A DNA stretch of 64,000 nt from Candidatus Latescibacterota bacterium. GTDB lineage: Bacteria; Latescibacterota; UBA2968; UBA8231. The stretch lies in NCBI GenBank assembly GCA_965248265.1, contig CBDFJF010000002.1:1-64000 (forward strand). The letters run 5' to 3'. Below the pieces are notes generated by a model. It did no database searches. It saw only the letters and a list, made by a program, of their open reading frames with translations, and was not told the DNA's origin. Made by a program: the position numbers and the translations under genes. This document shows positions 47,818 to 58,617 of this stretch, piece after piece (within the stretch, counting starts at the first letter, position 1; the number at the start of each line of letters is the position of its first letter).

Positions 47818-48621
47818 TTGAAAGCAGCACAACTGACGGCACCAAAAAAGTGGGATCTCGTCGAGGTCGAGAAACCGCAGGCACGTGAAGGCTACATCCT
47901 GGTGCGGATGGAATACGTCGGTTTGTGCGGGTCGGACAGGCCGTTCTTCGAGGGGGTGGCGTCGGCCTATCCGCTCGATCCCGGGGACACCGGTCACGAG
48001 GCCCTGGGAATTGTCGAATCCTGTCCGTCGGGTCGCTTTCAACCGGGACAACGGGTCCTGATCTGGGGACACGATCGCGGTCTCTTCCAGGAGTTTGTAC
48101 TAGCTCAGGAGGGTTTGTGTGTGGGCATGCCCGCAGAAGGTGAGCCGGAAATCATGCTGATGAGTCAGCTCCTCGGCACGGTCATCCACTGCATGCTCAA
48201 GCTCGGTAATGTTATCGGCAAGAAGGTCGTGGTCATGGGGCAGGGTGCCGTGGGCCAGCTGTTCGATGCCACGCTGCGCAACCTGGGAGCACAACAGATC
48301 ATCGCCATCGATCCGCAGGCGCACCGGCTGGAAACAGCGCGGTTGATGGGCGCAACTCATACCATCGACGCCAATCATGAGGATGTGAAGTCCGTCGTCG
48401 CCGAGATCACGGACGGTGATCTCGCCGAGATCGTGACCTCGGTCGGACCCAACCCGCACCACGACTTCGTCATCGCCCACCAATGGATTCGTGAGGGACG
48501 GATCGACGTGCGTCCGATCGTCACCCACGTCATGCCGTTCAAGCAGATCCAGCAAGGCTTCGAGACCGCCTACGAGTGTCCGGAAGAACACGCAGCGGTG
48601 AAGGTCGTGCTCAAATTCTGA
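47818..48621 (+). CDS. Zn-binding dehydrogenase, short and possibly internally deleted
   Basis: GLCGSD, GHE and GQGAVG motifs; only 267 aa. Confidence 0.75.
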   Translation: MKAAQLTAPKKWDLVEVEKPQAREGYILVRMEYVGLCGSDRPFFEGVASAYPLDPGDTGHEALGIVESCPSGRFQPGQRVLIWGHDRGLFQEFVLAQEGLCVGMPAEGEPEIMLMSQLLGTVIHCMLKLGNVIGKKVVVMGQGAVGQLFDATLRNLGAQQIIAIDPQAHRLETARLMGATHTIDANHEDVKSVVAEITDGDLAEIVTSVGPNPHHDFVIAHQWIREGRIDVRPIVTHVMPFKQIQQGFETAYECPEEHAAVKVVLKF

Positions 48622-48632
48622 AGAGGCAGCAG

Positions 48633-49196
48633 ATGGATACGCTGGGTCGCGGTCAGCTGGCATGGACGGGAGAGCACTGGATCAACTACTTGCGGTTGCC
48701 CGGAGCCGCCGAGGACAGCGGCAAGGTCAGTCTCTATTGCGCTCATCACACGCCTGCCGGCCGCGGTCACGTGGCTACCGTAGAGATCAGTGGAGACCGG
48801 GGTTTTAGCGGACTATGCACGGATAACCCTGATCTGGCATCCTTCATCAATGCCACGATGCTGTCTGGCGAATGCTCATTGCCTCTGGTGGAGGCTTCTT
48901 TCGAGCGAGAGGGCGACATCCGGAAAGAGCCGGTATGGACGATCACAACGGCTGACCGTCAGATCCGCGCCGGCTGGAGCCAGATCGCCTCGCCCTACGT
49001 CGGGCCGCCGACGCTCAACCCCAAGATCATCTTCACGGTCCTGTTCTTCGCGTCCTGGGGCTCGTTGTCCCTGGATGGCACTCCCGTGCCTGGCGAGCCC
49101 TACCAGCGAGAGGTGTGGGCGAGGAATCTTCGTCAACCGCACAGCTCATGTTGCTTCGCGCTGGCGGAAACCATGGTGACTGGACAGGAGTCATGA
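48633..49196 (+). CDS. Hypothetical protein
   Basis: ATG with a GAGG RBS after the dehydrogenase; 187 aa. Confidence 0.65.
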   Translation: MDTLGRGQLAWTGEHWINYLRLPGAAEDSGKVSLYCAHHTPAGRGHVATVEISGDRGFSGLCTDNPDLASFINATMLSGECSLPLVEASFEREGDIRKEPVWTITTADRQIRAGWSQIASPYVGPPTLNPKIIFTVLFFASWGSLSLDGTPVPGEPYQREVWARNLRQPHSSCCFALAETMVTGQES

Positions 49197-49200
49197 CATG

Positions 49201-51723
49201 TCAATCGGCCATGCCCCGGAACAAGTCTGAGACCCCGGTCACCGCGGACTCGACATCGATGTCGCAGACCTGTCCGATCGTGCGCACGATGGGCGCGATC
49301 TGCTTTTCTATGTAATGCTCGTAGTCCAGGCGGGCGTTGATGTGGCCGACCGGTTGCGGCCCTTCCACCGTCATCACGTAGTGGATGGTGCCCGATGGAT
49401 TGGACATCTGCCGCGCCGCCACCACATGGGGTGGATTGGATTTCGTGTAGCTGGATAGAGGCTTGCGCAGGCTCTTGCGGTAGACGAGTTCACCATCGTG
49501 CTCACCGCCGCGGACCGAGTCAATCCAACGCAACACCCGGGATTCGATTTCCATCGCAGGGATATCGCGGAACAGCTTTTCGAGCAGGTCTCTCTGCAGC
49601 TGATGCGCCAGGTCCGTCCAGTCCCGTCGCACGGCCTCCATGCCGATTATCTCCAGCTGCGAGCTGGTCGGTGAATCGCAGAGCAGGCCGGCATAGCCCT
49701 TGGCGCGGCCCCGATCTTCACTGCCTCGCGTCGGCGGAAGAAAAAAGCGGGTGTAGTACTTCTCGAACTCGAGCTCGAGGTAGGACGGCAGTCTAAAACA
49801 CTCACGCACGTGGGTCGTCAACTCGTCGTTCACCCATCGGCACAACTCCCGTCCACGCGTCAGGGCTTCTTCGACCGAGATGTCATCCGCCAGATGCATG
49901 TCGATGAAAAGGGAATCGGTGTCGCCGTAGAGGACGTCAGCTCCCTTCGCCTCCTCCAGCCGCTGACGGACCCACTTGAGGACGTAGTGTCCGAAGCCTG
50001 TGATGGCCCCGGCGAGTTGCTCCTCGGCAAAGCGGCATGAGCCAGTAGCCAGAACGCCATAGAACGAATTCATGACGATCTTGTAGGCATAGGAAGCAAG
50101 CTGGTCGCCCTCCGACTTGGCCTGGTCGCGGCTGCTGAAGAAGCGCTCCAGCAGACCGGGTAGAATGCCCTTGTCGCGATCGAAGGCTGCTCCATTGGGG
50201 GCGATGATGGCCTCCTGACTACCGCCCATTACTCTGGCCCGGATATGAGACAGCGGGTCGATGTTGAAGGTGTGAATGATCGAGGGATAAAGGCTCTTGA
50301 AGTCGAAGACGAAAACGTGGTGGTAGAGCCCCACCTTGGAAGGCATGACGAGCCCGCCGGGAGCACTTCCAAGGTGTACGCGATCGACGTCGTTGGTCGG
50401 CGCCACCATACCGCGTCGGTGCAGTTCGCCGATGTAGAGAAAATCAAAGGCGGCAACGCTGCCCCAGGCGCGTTCGAGAGGAAGGCCGGTGAGCAGGCTG
50501 CGGCGCAGACTCAGCTCGATCAGACCTTCGTGGCGCAGGATGTCTCGCACCAGGCGTGAGTCTTCAAGGCAGTACTCACAGAATCCGGCGCGGTCTTCGC
50601 GGAAGGCCTCCATAATGCGCTCGGGCATGCTCTCGTCGGAGTTGGCTTCCACGGTCTTGCCCCGTCCGACAACGACACGAGCAACCGTACCCAGGCGATA
50701 GTCGTCGAAGCGCTGCGGCGTGGTACGGATCAGGTGCAACGCATCGAGAACCTCGCGGCCGTAGACGACCATGCGGCTGGCGCCCCAGACCTCACCCTCT
50801 CGGTACCAAGAAGCGTCGTTGCTGCGGCCGAGGTTGAACGGCAATCCGAGTTCCCGGCAGCGGCGCTGCAAAACGGGTAGATCGAAATCGACGAGGTTCC
50901 AACCGCTGAGGATATCCGGGTCCACGTCGCGAATGCGGGCCGCGGTGGCTTTCAGCAACTGGCGCTCGTCGGCATGGCATTGCAACTCGGGCGGGTCGTC
51001 GGGTCCGGGCTCACCGACGATGTGGATCTCTGCGATATCTCCAATCTGATCAACTGATACGTCATTTTGAACGCTATCATCCCGAACAATGCTACTCTGA
51101 ATGTCCGCGCCTTCCCGCGGACTGACAGCCCCAGTGGAAACACCGCTGCCGGAGGGAGACGGCACTGCCATACCCACGAACGAGATGGCCAGCACCTGGG
51201 AAGCGTCAGGCAGGGTCTCGATGTCGAGGACGAGGACGGAGAGCGCCGGTTGCCAGTCACCCGGTTCCATTACCGGATCGGTGTAGACGCGGTCGACTCC
51301 GGTGCCGGGGCGCCAGGAGCCGGAAATGCGAACACTGCCCCGAATGCCCCGATCCATCAGGTACTGTCGGGCAAAGACGACATCCGCTTCGTAGGTGCGG
51401 ATCTCGTCTTCACGCAGCTTTTCTGCGATCGACCGCAAGCGCTGGACGCGTTTGGCCGCGACTCGGACGACGGTTTCCCCGTCCATGGTCGTCCAGTCCG
51501 TTTGCTCGAGAGCGAGATCGTTACCCGCGCCGGCCGTCTGCCGGACAGCATCGGCATCGCTGTCACGGACGTAGAAGGATGGGCGCTGCTGGTGATCGGC
51601 CAGAGCGAAGGTCTCTCCCGACTCCAACCGCCCCACCGCGAACACGATAGTGCGATCGCCCCGGTTGCGCTGGAACACGTGCAGGAGAAATCCGTTTTCG
51701 GGCTGGTCGAATGGCTCCGACAT
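49201..51723 (-). CDS. polB: DNA polymerase II (family B)
   Basis: Exonuclease motifs LDIET and GWN..FD; polymerase motifs DFKSLYPSII, KIVMNSFYG and YGDTDS. Confidence 0.95.
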   Translation of the reverse strand: MSEPFDQPENGFLLHVFQRNRGDRTIVFAVGRLESGETFALADHQQRPSFYVRDSDADAVRQTAGAGNDLALEQTDWTTMDGETVVRVAAKRVQRLRSIAEKLREDEIRTYEADVVFARQYLMDRGIRGSVRISGSWRPGTGVDRVYTDPVMEPGDWQPALSVLVLDIETLPDASQVLAISFVGMAVPSPSGSGVSTGAVSPREGADIQSSIVRDDSVQNDVSVDQIGDIAEIHIVGEPGPDDPPELQCHADERQLLKATAARIRDVDPDILSGWNLVDFDLPVLQRRCRELGLPFNLGRSNDASWYREGEVWGASRMVVYGREVLDALHLIRTTPQRFDDYRLGTVARVVVGRGKTVEANSDESMPERIMEAFREDRAGFCEYCLEDSRLVRDILRHEGLIELSLRRSLLTGLPLERAWGSVAAFDFLYIGELHRRGMVAPTNDVDRVHLGSAPGGLVMPSKVGLYHHVFVFDFKSLYPSIIHTFNIDPLSHIRARVMGGSQEAIIAPNGAAFDRDKGILPGLLERFFSSRDQAKSEGDQLASYAYKIVMNSFYGVLATGSCRFAEEQLAGAITGFGHYVLKWVRQRLEEAKGADVLYGDTDSLFIDMHLADDISVEEALTRGRELCRWVNDELTTHVRECFRLPSYLELEFEKYYTRFFLPPTRGSEDRGRAKGYAGLLCDSPTSSQLEIIGMEAVRRDWTDLAHQLQRDLLEKLFRDIPAMEIESRVLRWIDSVRGGEHDGELVYRKSLRKPLSSYTKSNPPHVVAARQMSNPSGTIHYVMTVEGPQPVGHINARLDYEHYIEKQIAPIVRTIGQVCDIDVESAVTGVSDLFRGMAD

Positions 51724-51858
51724 CAGCGCGCCTTCCTGTCGATCAGGGAGCAGGGGTCCTTCACGGATCGCCGAACGGCGACCTCCACCATAAAGATCTC
51801 AATCGGAGAACACCGGTTCAAGCAAAATGAGGGAAGGGGCCGGCGACTTGGGCCAGGT

Positions 51859-52830
51859 TCAGTCTCGGAGGATCTCCACGTACACGGTGTCCGGGATAGC
51901 AGAGCCGAAGTAGCCAATGCCGTCGCCCTCAATCGAGAACACGGGCTCGTGGAAGTTGCCGTCCTCCTCCTGTACCTCGTCAAAGGTCTGCAGGAAGCTG
52001 GCGTAGTTGGCATCCGCGGCGTAGACGGTGATCTCGTGTCGACCATAGAACCAGACGTCCCACCAGAAAATCTGCATCGACGACTCACCGGGTCCAAGCG
52101 GGGTATTCTGGATCCATTCGAATTCGTAGATGAAATCGCTCAAATCGAGATCATCTGCAGACTCGTCGGTGAAGGGGTTGTCGTAGATGAAGGATTCAGG
52201 TGAGGGAGTCAGCGGCACCGCCGTCATCAGGTAGAAGTCGATACCGGGTGAACGCTGGATCGTGATCTCGGGCACGATCACCTCGTCGTTCGCATTGCGC
52301 TCGCGGTAGCGGTACCGGTCGTGACTCAAATTGGTGATCCGGAAGCCGGGGTCGGGCACCGTCGTCGTGACGTGGGCGAACAGCTCCTCTCCCTCTATCT
52401 CGGCGCTTACTTCCAGGCGATAGCTGGCGCCGTGCCGGATGGTCAGGTCCTCCTCTCCCTGATAGGCGTAGTAGCTGTTGTCGAAATCGATAAAGGGTCC
52501 GAAGGGTGATTCGACGGGTGCGAAGGTGAGGGGAAACTGCTGCGCAGTTTCTTGGTCGATGATGACGGCAACCGCCTCCGGCAACAATAGCGACGTTTCC
52601 CTCAAATTGTCATCCAGGCGGAAGTTGCGGGCAATGTGGATTTCGTTCACCGGGTGATCCGGCATCAGCAAACCCGATATGACGATGCGCGGTTCGTAAC
52701 TGGTGTTGGTCACCTGCACTTGCGGGTCGCCACATGCCAAACAGAAAAATGACACCGCGAGGCTGAGAGAGACCCCTCCGGTGTGGCAACGATCGTGCTG
52801 GTGCTCCCATCGTCGCATTGAATTTCTCAT
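51859..52830 (-). CDS. DUF4249-like lipoprotein partner of the TonB receptor
   Basis: Lipobox LAC and C-terminal IEGDGIGYFGS; coupled to the receptor stop codon. Confidence 0.75.
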   Translation of the reverse strand: MRNSMRRWEHQHDRCHTGGVSLSLAVSFFCLACGDPQVQVTNTSYEPRIVISGLLMPDHPVNEIHIARNFRLDDNLRETSLLLPEAVAVIIDQETAQQFPLTFAPVESPFGPFIDFDNSYYAYQGEEDLTIRHGASYRLEVSAEIEGEELFAHVTTTVPDPGFRITNLSHDRYRYRERNANDEVIVPEITIQRSPGIDFYLMTAVPLTPSPESFIYDNPFTDESADDLDLSDFIYEFEWIQNTPLGPGESSMQIFWWDVWFYGRHEITVYAADANYASFLQTFDEVQEEDGNFHEPVFSIEGDGIGYFGSAIPDTVYVEILRD

Positions 52831-55160
52831 CAGAAGGTGAAGTCGACGCCCAGCGTCGGCAGCAGCGGCATCATGCCCTGGGTATCCACAGCGGGTAGGC
52901 CGTTGAAATACTTGTAATCCATGAACCAGATGTTCTTGCGATTACCGGCGTTGAACAGCTGCACGTAGGGCGCCATCGACCAGCTGCCGAAGTCGCGGAA
53001 ATAGGTGAGGCTGATATCCAGCCGTGTATAGGCCGGCAACCGCACATTGTTAATACGGGTCGGAGCCAATTCCAGACTGTTCCCCGGATGAGACGGGCTT
53101 GCCGCGATGATGTACCCGGACCCCGGCTCGGTGATGGGTTGGCCAGTACCGTAGACGTAGGTGGCTCCGATCGACCACTTGCCAGCGTCGGCCTTCTTCC
53201 GGCGCCCGCGCAGTTTGCGCCAGCCATTCTTCAGGTCCAGGCCGCTGATGAAGTTAACGGTGGATGTACGGTCGTGACGTGGGGAGAAGGAGCGGTCCTG
53301 GTTGGTGTCGTCGAACTTAAAAGTCGTGCGCGCCAGCGAATAGGCGAGCCAACCCGTGAGCGCCCCCGAGTCTTTACGTAGCAGAATCTCAAGTCCGACC
53401 GAGTCGCCATCACCCCGGTCGAACAGGCCCTTGGTGTTAGTAAAAATGGGATCGTCGTTGGCGTCATGTCCGGTCTCCTCCAGTTCGGGAAGGAAGGCCT
53501 GGTCGAACTGGTAGATGTTGTGGTAATCCTTGAAGAAGGCCTCGACCTCAAAGGCAAACCGGCGTTTGAACTCCTGTTGCCAGCCGACGATGGCATGGAT
53601 GGAGCGGGATTCGTCCTGGTGATCGTTTGAGACGGTGAAGATGTCGGTGAAGGCGAAACGGGGAATCCGATGCAGGTACTGGTAGTAGACACCCGTGGCG
53701 GCTCTGATGTTGGCCGTGTCCGTGATCCTGTGCTTGACGGACAGGCGCGGTCCGAGGTTATGAAAATCCTTTTTTGAGTCGAAGAAGTTATAGCGCAGTC
53801 CCGCTTCGATCTCCCACAGCGGATCCGGCCGCCATTGGCCAATCCCGTATGCGACGTAATGGTGGGGACGATGGCGCACGTCGACGAGTCCCTCTGGGAA
53901 GACCTGGGAGTAGCGGACATTCAGATTCTTCTGCTCGAAACCAAAGCGGGTCTGAAACTGCTGTGACCGATGATGCTCAAGGGTCCCCTTGAAGGTCAGG
54001 TCCGAGACAAAATTGCGTTCGCGCACGTCAGCAATTTCGAGCACGAAGTCGGACGAGAACCGACTGCTCGTGACCCAGAAGGTGGAGAACAGTTTCGGCG
54101 TGAAGACCCGCGTCCAACGGGCGCTGGCCGTCTTGTTGCCCCAGTCCGTCGTAAAGCCGGTCTGCTCGGTGGCATCCGGGTTGAAGACGAGATCGAGGAA
54201 GTCGCGTCCACCATACCCGCTGATGGTCAGGTTGTCGCGGCCCAGGTCGAAGAACGCCTTGAAGTTGCCATCGTAGAAGTAGTAGTCGGGGATCTCGTCG
54301 AGGGCGCGTGCGACGGTCTGGTCGAAGTAGGTGCGCCGGAAAGACCCCGATAGAGATCCGGTATCACCAAGAGGTCCCTGCAGCGTCGTCTTCGCCGACA
54401 GCAGGCTCAAAGCGGCCGAACCCTCGAACTCCTCACGGTTGCCGTCGAGGTTGGTGACGTCGAGGACGGACGACAACCGGCCTCCGTGCTCCGCCCCGAA
54501 TCCCCCTTTTGAAAGCTCCACTTGTTTTATCGCATCAGTATTGAAGGTCGAGAAAATGCCGAAGGTGTGCTCCGGGTTGTAGACGTCGGTGCCGTCGATC
54601 AGATAAAGATTCTGATCGGGTGTGCCTCCGCGCACGTAGAGGGCGGAGGAGAAATCGGACAGCGGCAGGATGCCTGGCAGGGTCTGCAGCGAACGCAGCA
54701 GGTCGGCCTCGGCCACCTGCGGGATTGCCCGGACTTGCTTGGGTGTCAGTCTGATTTCGGAGATCGGCTTCTCGAAGAGGCGATCGACCGTCCGCATCGA
54801 GTCGGCGCGGATGACGACTCCCTCTGCCTCGATGCTCTCGGGTAGGAGATGGAGATCCAGTACCAGGCTCTCGGATCCGTCGATGATGATCTCGCGGGTG
54901 GATGACTTGTAACCGATGTAGGTGCACACCAGCGTGTAACGACCGGCGTCTATCTCGAGGAGGACGTAGTAGCCGCTGAGGTTGGAGACCGCACCGATCT
55001 GATGATCACGCAGGAAGACGGTGGCACTGATGAGGGACTCGCCATCCTCGGCGTCGTAGACGAACCCGCTGATCGAAGCCCTGTCGCCGGTGGCGTCAAG
55101 GCGTGCAACGAAACAGCACAAGATGCAAAGGATGACGAGCAGCGGATGCAGTCTACACAC
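52830..55160 (-). CDS. TonB-dependent receptor with carboxypeptidase-regulatory-like N-domain
   Basis: ISGFVYDAEDGESL, LYVRGGTPDQNL and C-terminal Phe; probable GTG start at 55160. Confidence 0.9.
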   Translation of the reverse strand: MCRLHPLLVILCILCCFVARLDATGDRASISGFVYDAEDGESLISATVFLRDHQIGAVSNLSGYYVLLEIDAGRYTLVCTYIGYKSSTREIIIDGSESLVLDLHLLPESIEAEGVVIRADSMRTVDRLFEKPISEIRLTPKQVRAIPQVAEADLLRSLQTLPGILPLSDFSSALYVRGGTPDQNLYLIDGTDVYNPEHTFGIFSTFNTDAIKQVELSKGGFGAEHGGRLSSVLDVTNLDGNREEFEGSAALSLLSAKTTLQGPLGDTGSLSGSFRRTYFDQTVARALDEIPDYYFYDGNFKAFFDLGRDNLTISGYGGRDFLDLVFNPDATEQTGFTTDWGNKTASARWTRVFTPKLFSTFWVTSSRFSSDFVLEIADVRERNFVSDLTFKGTLEHHRSQQFQTRFGFEQKNLNVRYSQVFPEGLVDVRHRPHHYVAYGIGQWRPDPLWEIEAGLRYNFFDSKKDFHNLGPRLSVKHRITDTANIRAATGVYYQYLHRIPRFAFTDIFTVSNDHQDESRSIHAIVGWQQEFKRRFAFEVEAFFKDYHNIYQFDQAFLPELEETGHDANDDPIFTNTKGLFDRGDGDSVGLEILLRKDSGALTGWLAYSLARTTFKFDDTNQDRSFSPRHDRTSTVNFISGLDLKNGWRKLRGRRKKADAGKWSIGATYVYGTGQPITEPGSGYIIAASPSHPGNSLELAPTRINNVRLPAYTRLDISLTYFRDFGSWSMAPYVQLFNAGNRKNIWFMDYKYFNGLPAVDTQGMMPLLPTLGVDFTF

Positions 55161-55165
55161 GTAGA

Positions 55166-55996
55166 TCAGGATTTCGGCCTTTTCGGCGGTACCGCCGAGA
55201 CCCCGGTCAGACCGCCGCTGACGCGCAGCACCTCTGCCGTGATCCACGAGGCCGCCGGGCTGCACAGGAAGGCCACACCCTCGGCGATGTCCATGGGCTC
55301 CCCCCAGCGGCCCAGGGGGACTGCCTTGCGCACCCGCTCGATGATCTCCTCTTCGGAGATACCGAGGGAGGCACTGCGCTGTGCCATGTTGGATTGGTTG
55401 AAGGCCGTGTACACGGGACCCGGGCAGACGGCGTTGACGCGAATGCCGTAGGCGGCCAGCTCCACGGCCAGGGTTTCGGTCAGGCTGATGATGCCGGCCT
55501 TGGCGACGTTGTAGGCGCCGACGAGGGCTGCCGGACTCTGGCCGTTGATGGAGGAAATGTTGACGATGCAGCCCGACTCCTGGCGCTCCATGATGGCGCC
55601 TCCTGCACGGCAGCAATAGAAGGTACCGGTGAGGATGACGTTGAGAACCCGGTCCCACTCCTCGTCCGTGGTCTCGGTCACGGAGGCCACTTTCTGGTTG
55701 AGGCCGGCGTTGTTGACGAGGATGTCGAGGCGGCCGTTCTCCCCGAGATCCTCGAAGAAGCTCGCCACCTGAGCGCTGTCGGCGACATTCAGCAACGCAC
55801 TTGATACCTGCAGGCCATCCGCCTGCAGGCGCTTTGCCTCGGCAGCCGCCTTTTCCTCTTGAACATCGCCGATGATGACATGGGCGCCGTCGCTGGCAAG
55901 CCGTTCGACCATGGCCAGGCCGAGTCCCTGGGCGGCACCGGTAACTACGGCGGTCGAGCCCTCCAACGGGTAGGATGATGCTGGTTTTTCTGTCAT
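55166..55996 (-). CDS. SDR family oxidoreductase
   Basis: TGAAQGLG, NNAG and YNVAK motifs. Confidence 0.92.
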   Translation of the reverse strand: MTEKPASSYPLEGSTAVVTGAAQGLGLAMVERLASDGAHVIIGDVQEEKAAAEAKRLQADGLQVSSALLNVADSAQVASFFEDLGENGRLDILVNNAGLNQKVASVTETTDEEWDRVLNVILTGTFYCCRAGGAIMERQESGCIVNISSINGQSPAALVGAYNVAKAGIISLTETLAVELAAYGIRVNAVCPGPVYTAFNQSNMAQRSASLGISEEEIIERVRKAVPLGRWGEPMDIAEGVAFLCSPAASWITAEVLRVSGGLTGVSAVPPKRPKS

Positions 55997-56030
55997 GCCA
56001 TTTTCCCTCTCACGTAGCGGGCGTCGCCGA

Positions 56031-56975
56031 TCAGTACCCCAGTCGCTTGTCGATAACTCCAACCAGGGGTTCGCCGGCAAGGTCGCGGCGCAGGTTTTCG
56101 CAGACCAATTCAACGCAGCGCTGCATCCGCAACGGCGAGGCGCCGGCCGTGTGCGGGGTGAGAACGACGTTGTCGTAGTTCCACAGTGGATGATCGTCAG
56201 GTAGCGGCTCGGTCGGCGTCACGTCGAGGCCGGCTCCGCCGATGTAACCCTTGTCCAGCGCCTCCAGCAGTGCCGCTTCGTCGACGATATTGCCGCGGGT
56301 GACGTTGATGAGGATGGCGTGGTCCGGCATCTGCTTGAAGGCCTTACCATCGAACATGTTTTCGGTCTCCGGCGTCAATGGCGCGCAGACGGCGACGACG
56401 TCGGACTGGGCCAGCAGCTCGAAGAACCGATCCATCTTCCAACAGTCTTCGACGTACTCTGGTAGCTGGACATCCACCGGGTCCACGGCGAGGATGCGCA
56501 TGTCGAAACTGGCGGCCCGCCTGGCCAGTTCGCGACCCGTGCCGCCGAACCCGACGATGCCGAGTGTGAGCCCGGTGAGTTCCCACGAGGCATCGCGGAT
56601 CGGCCACTTCTTCTCCCAGGTGCGGTGGCGGACCGCCACGCCGATGCCACGGGTCACGGCCAGTAGCAGGGCGAGGGCATGCTCAGCAAGATGAGTACCC
56701 ACATGGCCCTTGGCGCTGACGAAGGTGACCTCACTTTCGACCAACTCGGGGAACAGGTGACGGTCGATGCCTGCCCCGGCGCTGATCAGCCAGCGCAGCC
56801 GCGCGGTTCGGGCGAACTGGTCAGGCAGCAGCGTTCCCAACACCACTTCGGCTTGTGGCAGTGCCTCGTCCAGCTGCAGGTCATTCTCAGGCACGATGAG
56901 CTCCACCTGGTCGCCGAGTGCCCGTACTTGGTCGGCCAACTCTCCCAGGTCCATGTTCACGTCCAGGACTTTCAT
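56031..56975 (-). CDS. D-2-hydroxyacid dehydrogenase
   Basis: GIVGFGGTG, INVTRG, AGLDV..EPL and LTPHTAG motifs. Confidence 0.92.
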   Translation of the reverse strand: MKVLDVNMDLGELADQVRALGDQVELIVPENDLQLDEALPQAEVVLGTLLPDQFARTARLRWLISAGAGIDRHLFPELVESEVTFVSAKGHVGTHLAEHALALLLAVTRGIGVAVRHRTWEKKWPIRDASWELTGLTLGIVGFGGTGRELARRAASFDMRILAVDPVDVQLPEYVEDCWKMDRFFELLAQSDVVAVCAPLTPETENMFDGKAFKQMPDHAILINVTRGNIVDEAALLEALDKGYIGGAGLDVTPTEPLPDDHPLWNYDNVVLTPHTAGASPLRMQRCVELVCENLRRDLAGEPLVGVIDKRLGY

Positions 56976-56997
56976 TTCCGTATCCTCGGGTGTTCAA

Positions 56998-58617
56998 TCA
57001 GTGTCTCATGTCACCGAATGCGGCAGTGACCAGGGCACGAGTGTAGTCGGTCTGAGGAGCGGCGAAAAGGTCGTGAGCGGCCCCGTGCTCGACGATGACG
57101 CCGGACCGCATCACCATGACGTAATGGGCCAGCGCGCGCATCACTCTAAGGTCGTGACTGATAAACATGTATGAGAGGCCGTGACGGGCCTGCAAATCTC
57201 GCAGAAGCTGGACGATCTGAACCTGGACCGTGCGATCGAGGGCACTCGTCGGCTCATCCAGTATGACCAGTCGGGTCTTTAGCACCACCACGCGGGCTAG
57301 AGCCACGCGCTGGCGTTGGCCACCGGAGAATTCGTGAGGGTAGCGATCCATTGTTTGTGGATCGAGTCCTACTTCTTGCATGACAGCCGCCACTCGCTCG
57401 CGGCGTTGGGTCCTCGTCATCTCCGATTCATGCACACGCAGACCCTCCTCGATGATCTGCAATGCCGACAATCGCGGGCTGAGGGAACCGTAGGGATCCT
57501 GGAAGACGATTTGCAGCTGGCGTCGCAGTGGCCGCATCTGCTTGACACTCAAGGCTTGCAACGGCGTTTCGCCGAACTGGATCGAGCCTTCACTGGCAAT
57601 CAACCGCAGAGCGGCCAATGCCAGGGTGCTTTTGCCCGATCCGGACTCACCGGCGATGCCCAGGGTCTGGCCTGGCGCGATATCGAAGTTGACACCATCC
57701 ACGGCTTTCACGTGTCCACGTGTACGCCGCAACAAACCGCCCCGGATCGGGAACCACACGCGCAGATCTCGGGCTGCCATCAATGGCGCGGCTGACTTGG
57801 AGACCGGCGGAGGAGGAGGCAATTCAGTTTGTAACAGGCTGCGGGTGTAGGGGTGTTCCGCGGCTGTCGTGAACAACGTCTCGGTCGGGGCTGATTCCAC
57901 CGTCCGACCCTGGTGCATGACGAACACCCGCGAGGCGATCGTACGCACCAGCCCCAGGTCGTGTGTGATCAGCAGAATCGCCAGGCCGGAATCGTTCTGG
58001 AGCTTTTTCAGTAATATTAGAATTTCGCTCTGTGTAGTAACGTCGAGGGCCGTCGTCGGCTCATCAGCGATCAACAAGTCAGGGGCATTGGCCAGGGCCA
58101 TGGCGATCATGACGCGCTGCCGCTCGCCGCCGGACAGTTCGTGGGGCCAGGCATCGATCTGCGTCGCCGGGTTCGCGAGCTGAACCTCGGATAGCAACTC
58201 CAACGTGCGTGAGCGCGCCTCCGGCTTGGCCAGGCCCCGATGGAGGATGAGGGCTTCGGCGATCTGCTTGCCCACCGAGTGCAACGGGTTCAGCGACGAC
58301 ATCGGCTCCTGAAAGATCATGGCGATGCGATCGCCACGGATGGCCCGCAACCGGTCCTCGCCGGCGCCCAACAATTCCTCTCCCTCGAAGCGGATGCTGC
58401 CATGCGGGTGATGGGCTGTGGGGTATGGAAGCAACTGCAATACGGACAAGCCGGTGACGCTCTTGCCGGATCCCGATTCACCCACCAGGGCAACCGTTTC
58501 GCCTCTGGCGATATCCAGACTGGCTTCGACAACGGCTTCAACGTCAGCGGCCTCAGCGTCCGCCCCTTGTCCCTGGCGAAAACTCACTGCCAGTTTGTCG
58601 ATCGTCAGCAGACTCAC
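56998..58617 (-). CDS. yejF: ABC transporter ATP-binding protein (duplicated ATPase)
   Basis: Two GESGSGKS Walker A motifs, LSGGERQR and FSGGQRQR. Confidence 0.88.
   Translation of the reverse strand: MSLLTIDKLAVSFRQGQGADAEAADVEAVVEASLDIARGETVALVGESGSGKSVTGLSVLQLLPYPTAHHPHGSIRFEGEELLGAGEDRLRAIRGDRIAMIFQEPMSSLNPLHSVGKQIAEALILHRGLAKPEARSRTLELLSEVQLANPATQIDAWPHELSGGERQRVMIAMALANAPDLLIADEPTTALDVTTQSEILILLKKLQNDSGLAILLITHDLGLVRTIASRVFVMHQGRTVESAPTETLFTTAAEHPYTRSLLQTELPPPPPVSKSAAPLMAARDLRVWFPIRGGLLRRTRGHVKAVDGVNFDIAPGQTLGIAGESGSGKSTLALAALRLIASEGSIQFGETPLQALSVKQMRPLRRQLQIVFQDPYGSLSPRLSALQIIEEGLRVHESEMTRTQRRERVAAVMQEVGLDPQTMDRYPHEFSGGQRQRVALARVVVLKTRLVILDEPTSALDRTVQVQIVQLLRDLQARHGLSYMFISHDLRVMRALAHYVMVMRSGVIVEHGAAHDLFAAPQTDYTRALVTAAFGDMRH

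Noticed and set aside
51030-51170. Intein in DNA polymerase B
   Set aside because: Too short, with no N-terminal Cys/Ser block and no His-Asn C-terminal motif.
55161-55658. N-terminal extension of the TonB receptor ORF (likewise 20102-20407, 30187-30429, 31225-31428, 10620-10892)
   Set aside because: The extensions overlap other genes or remnants; family homology and RBS positions indicate later starts.
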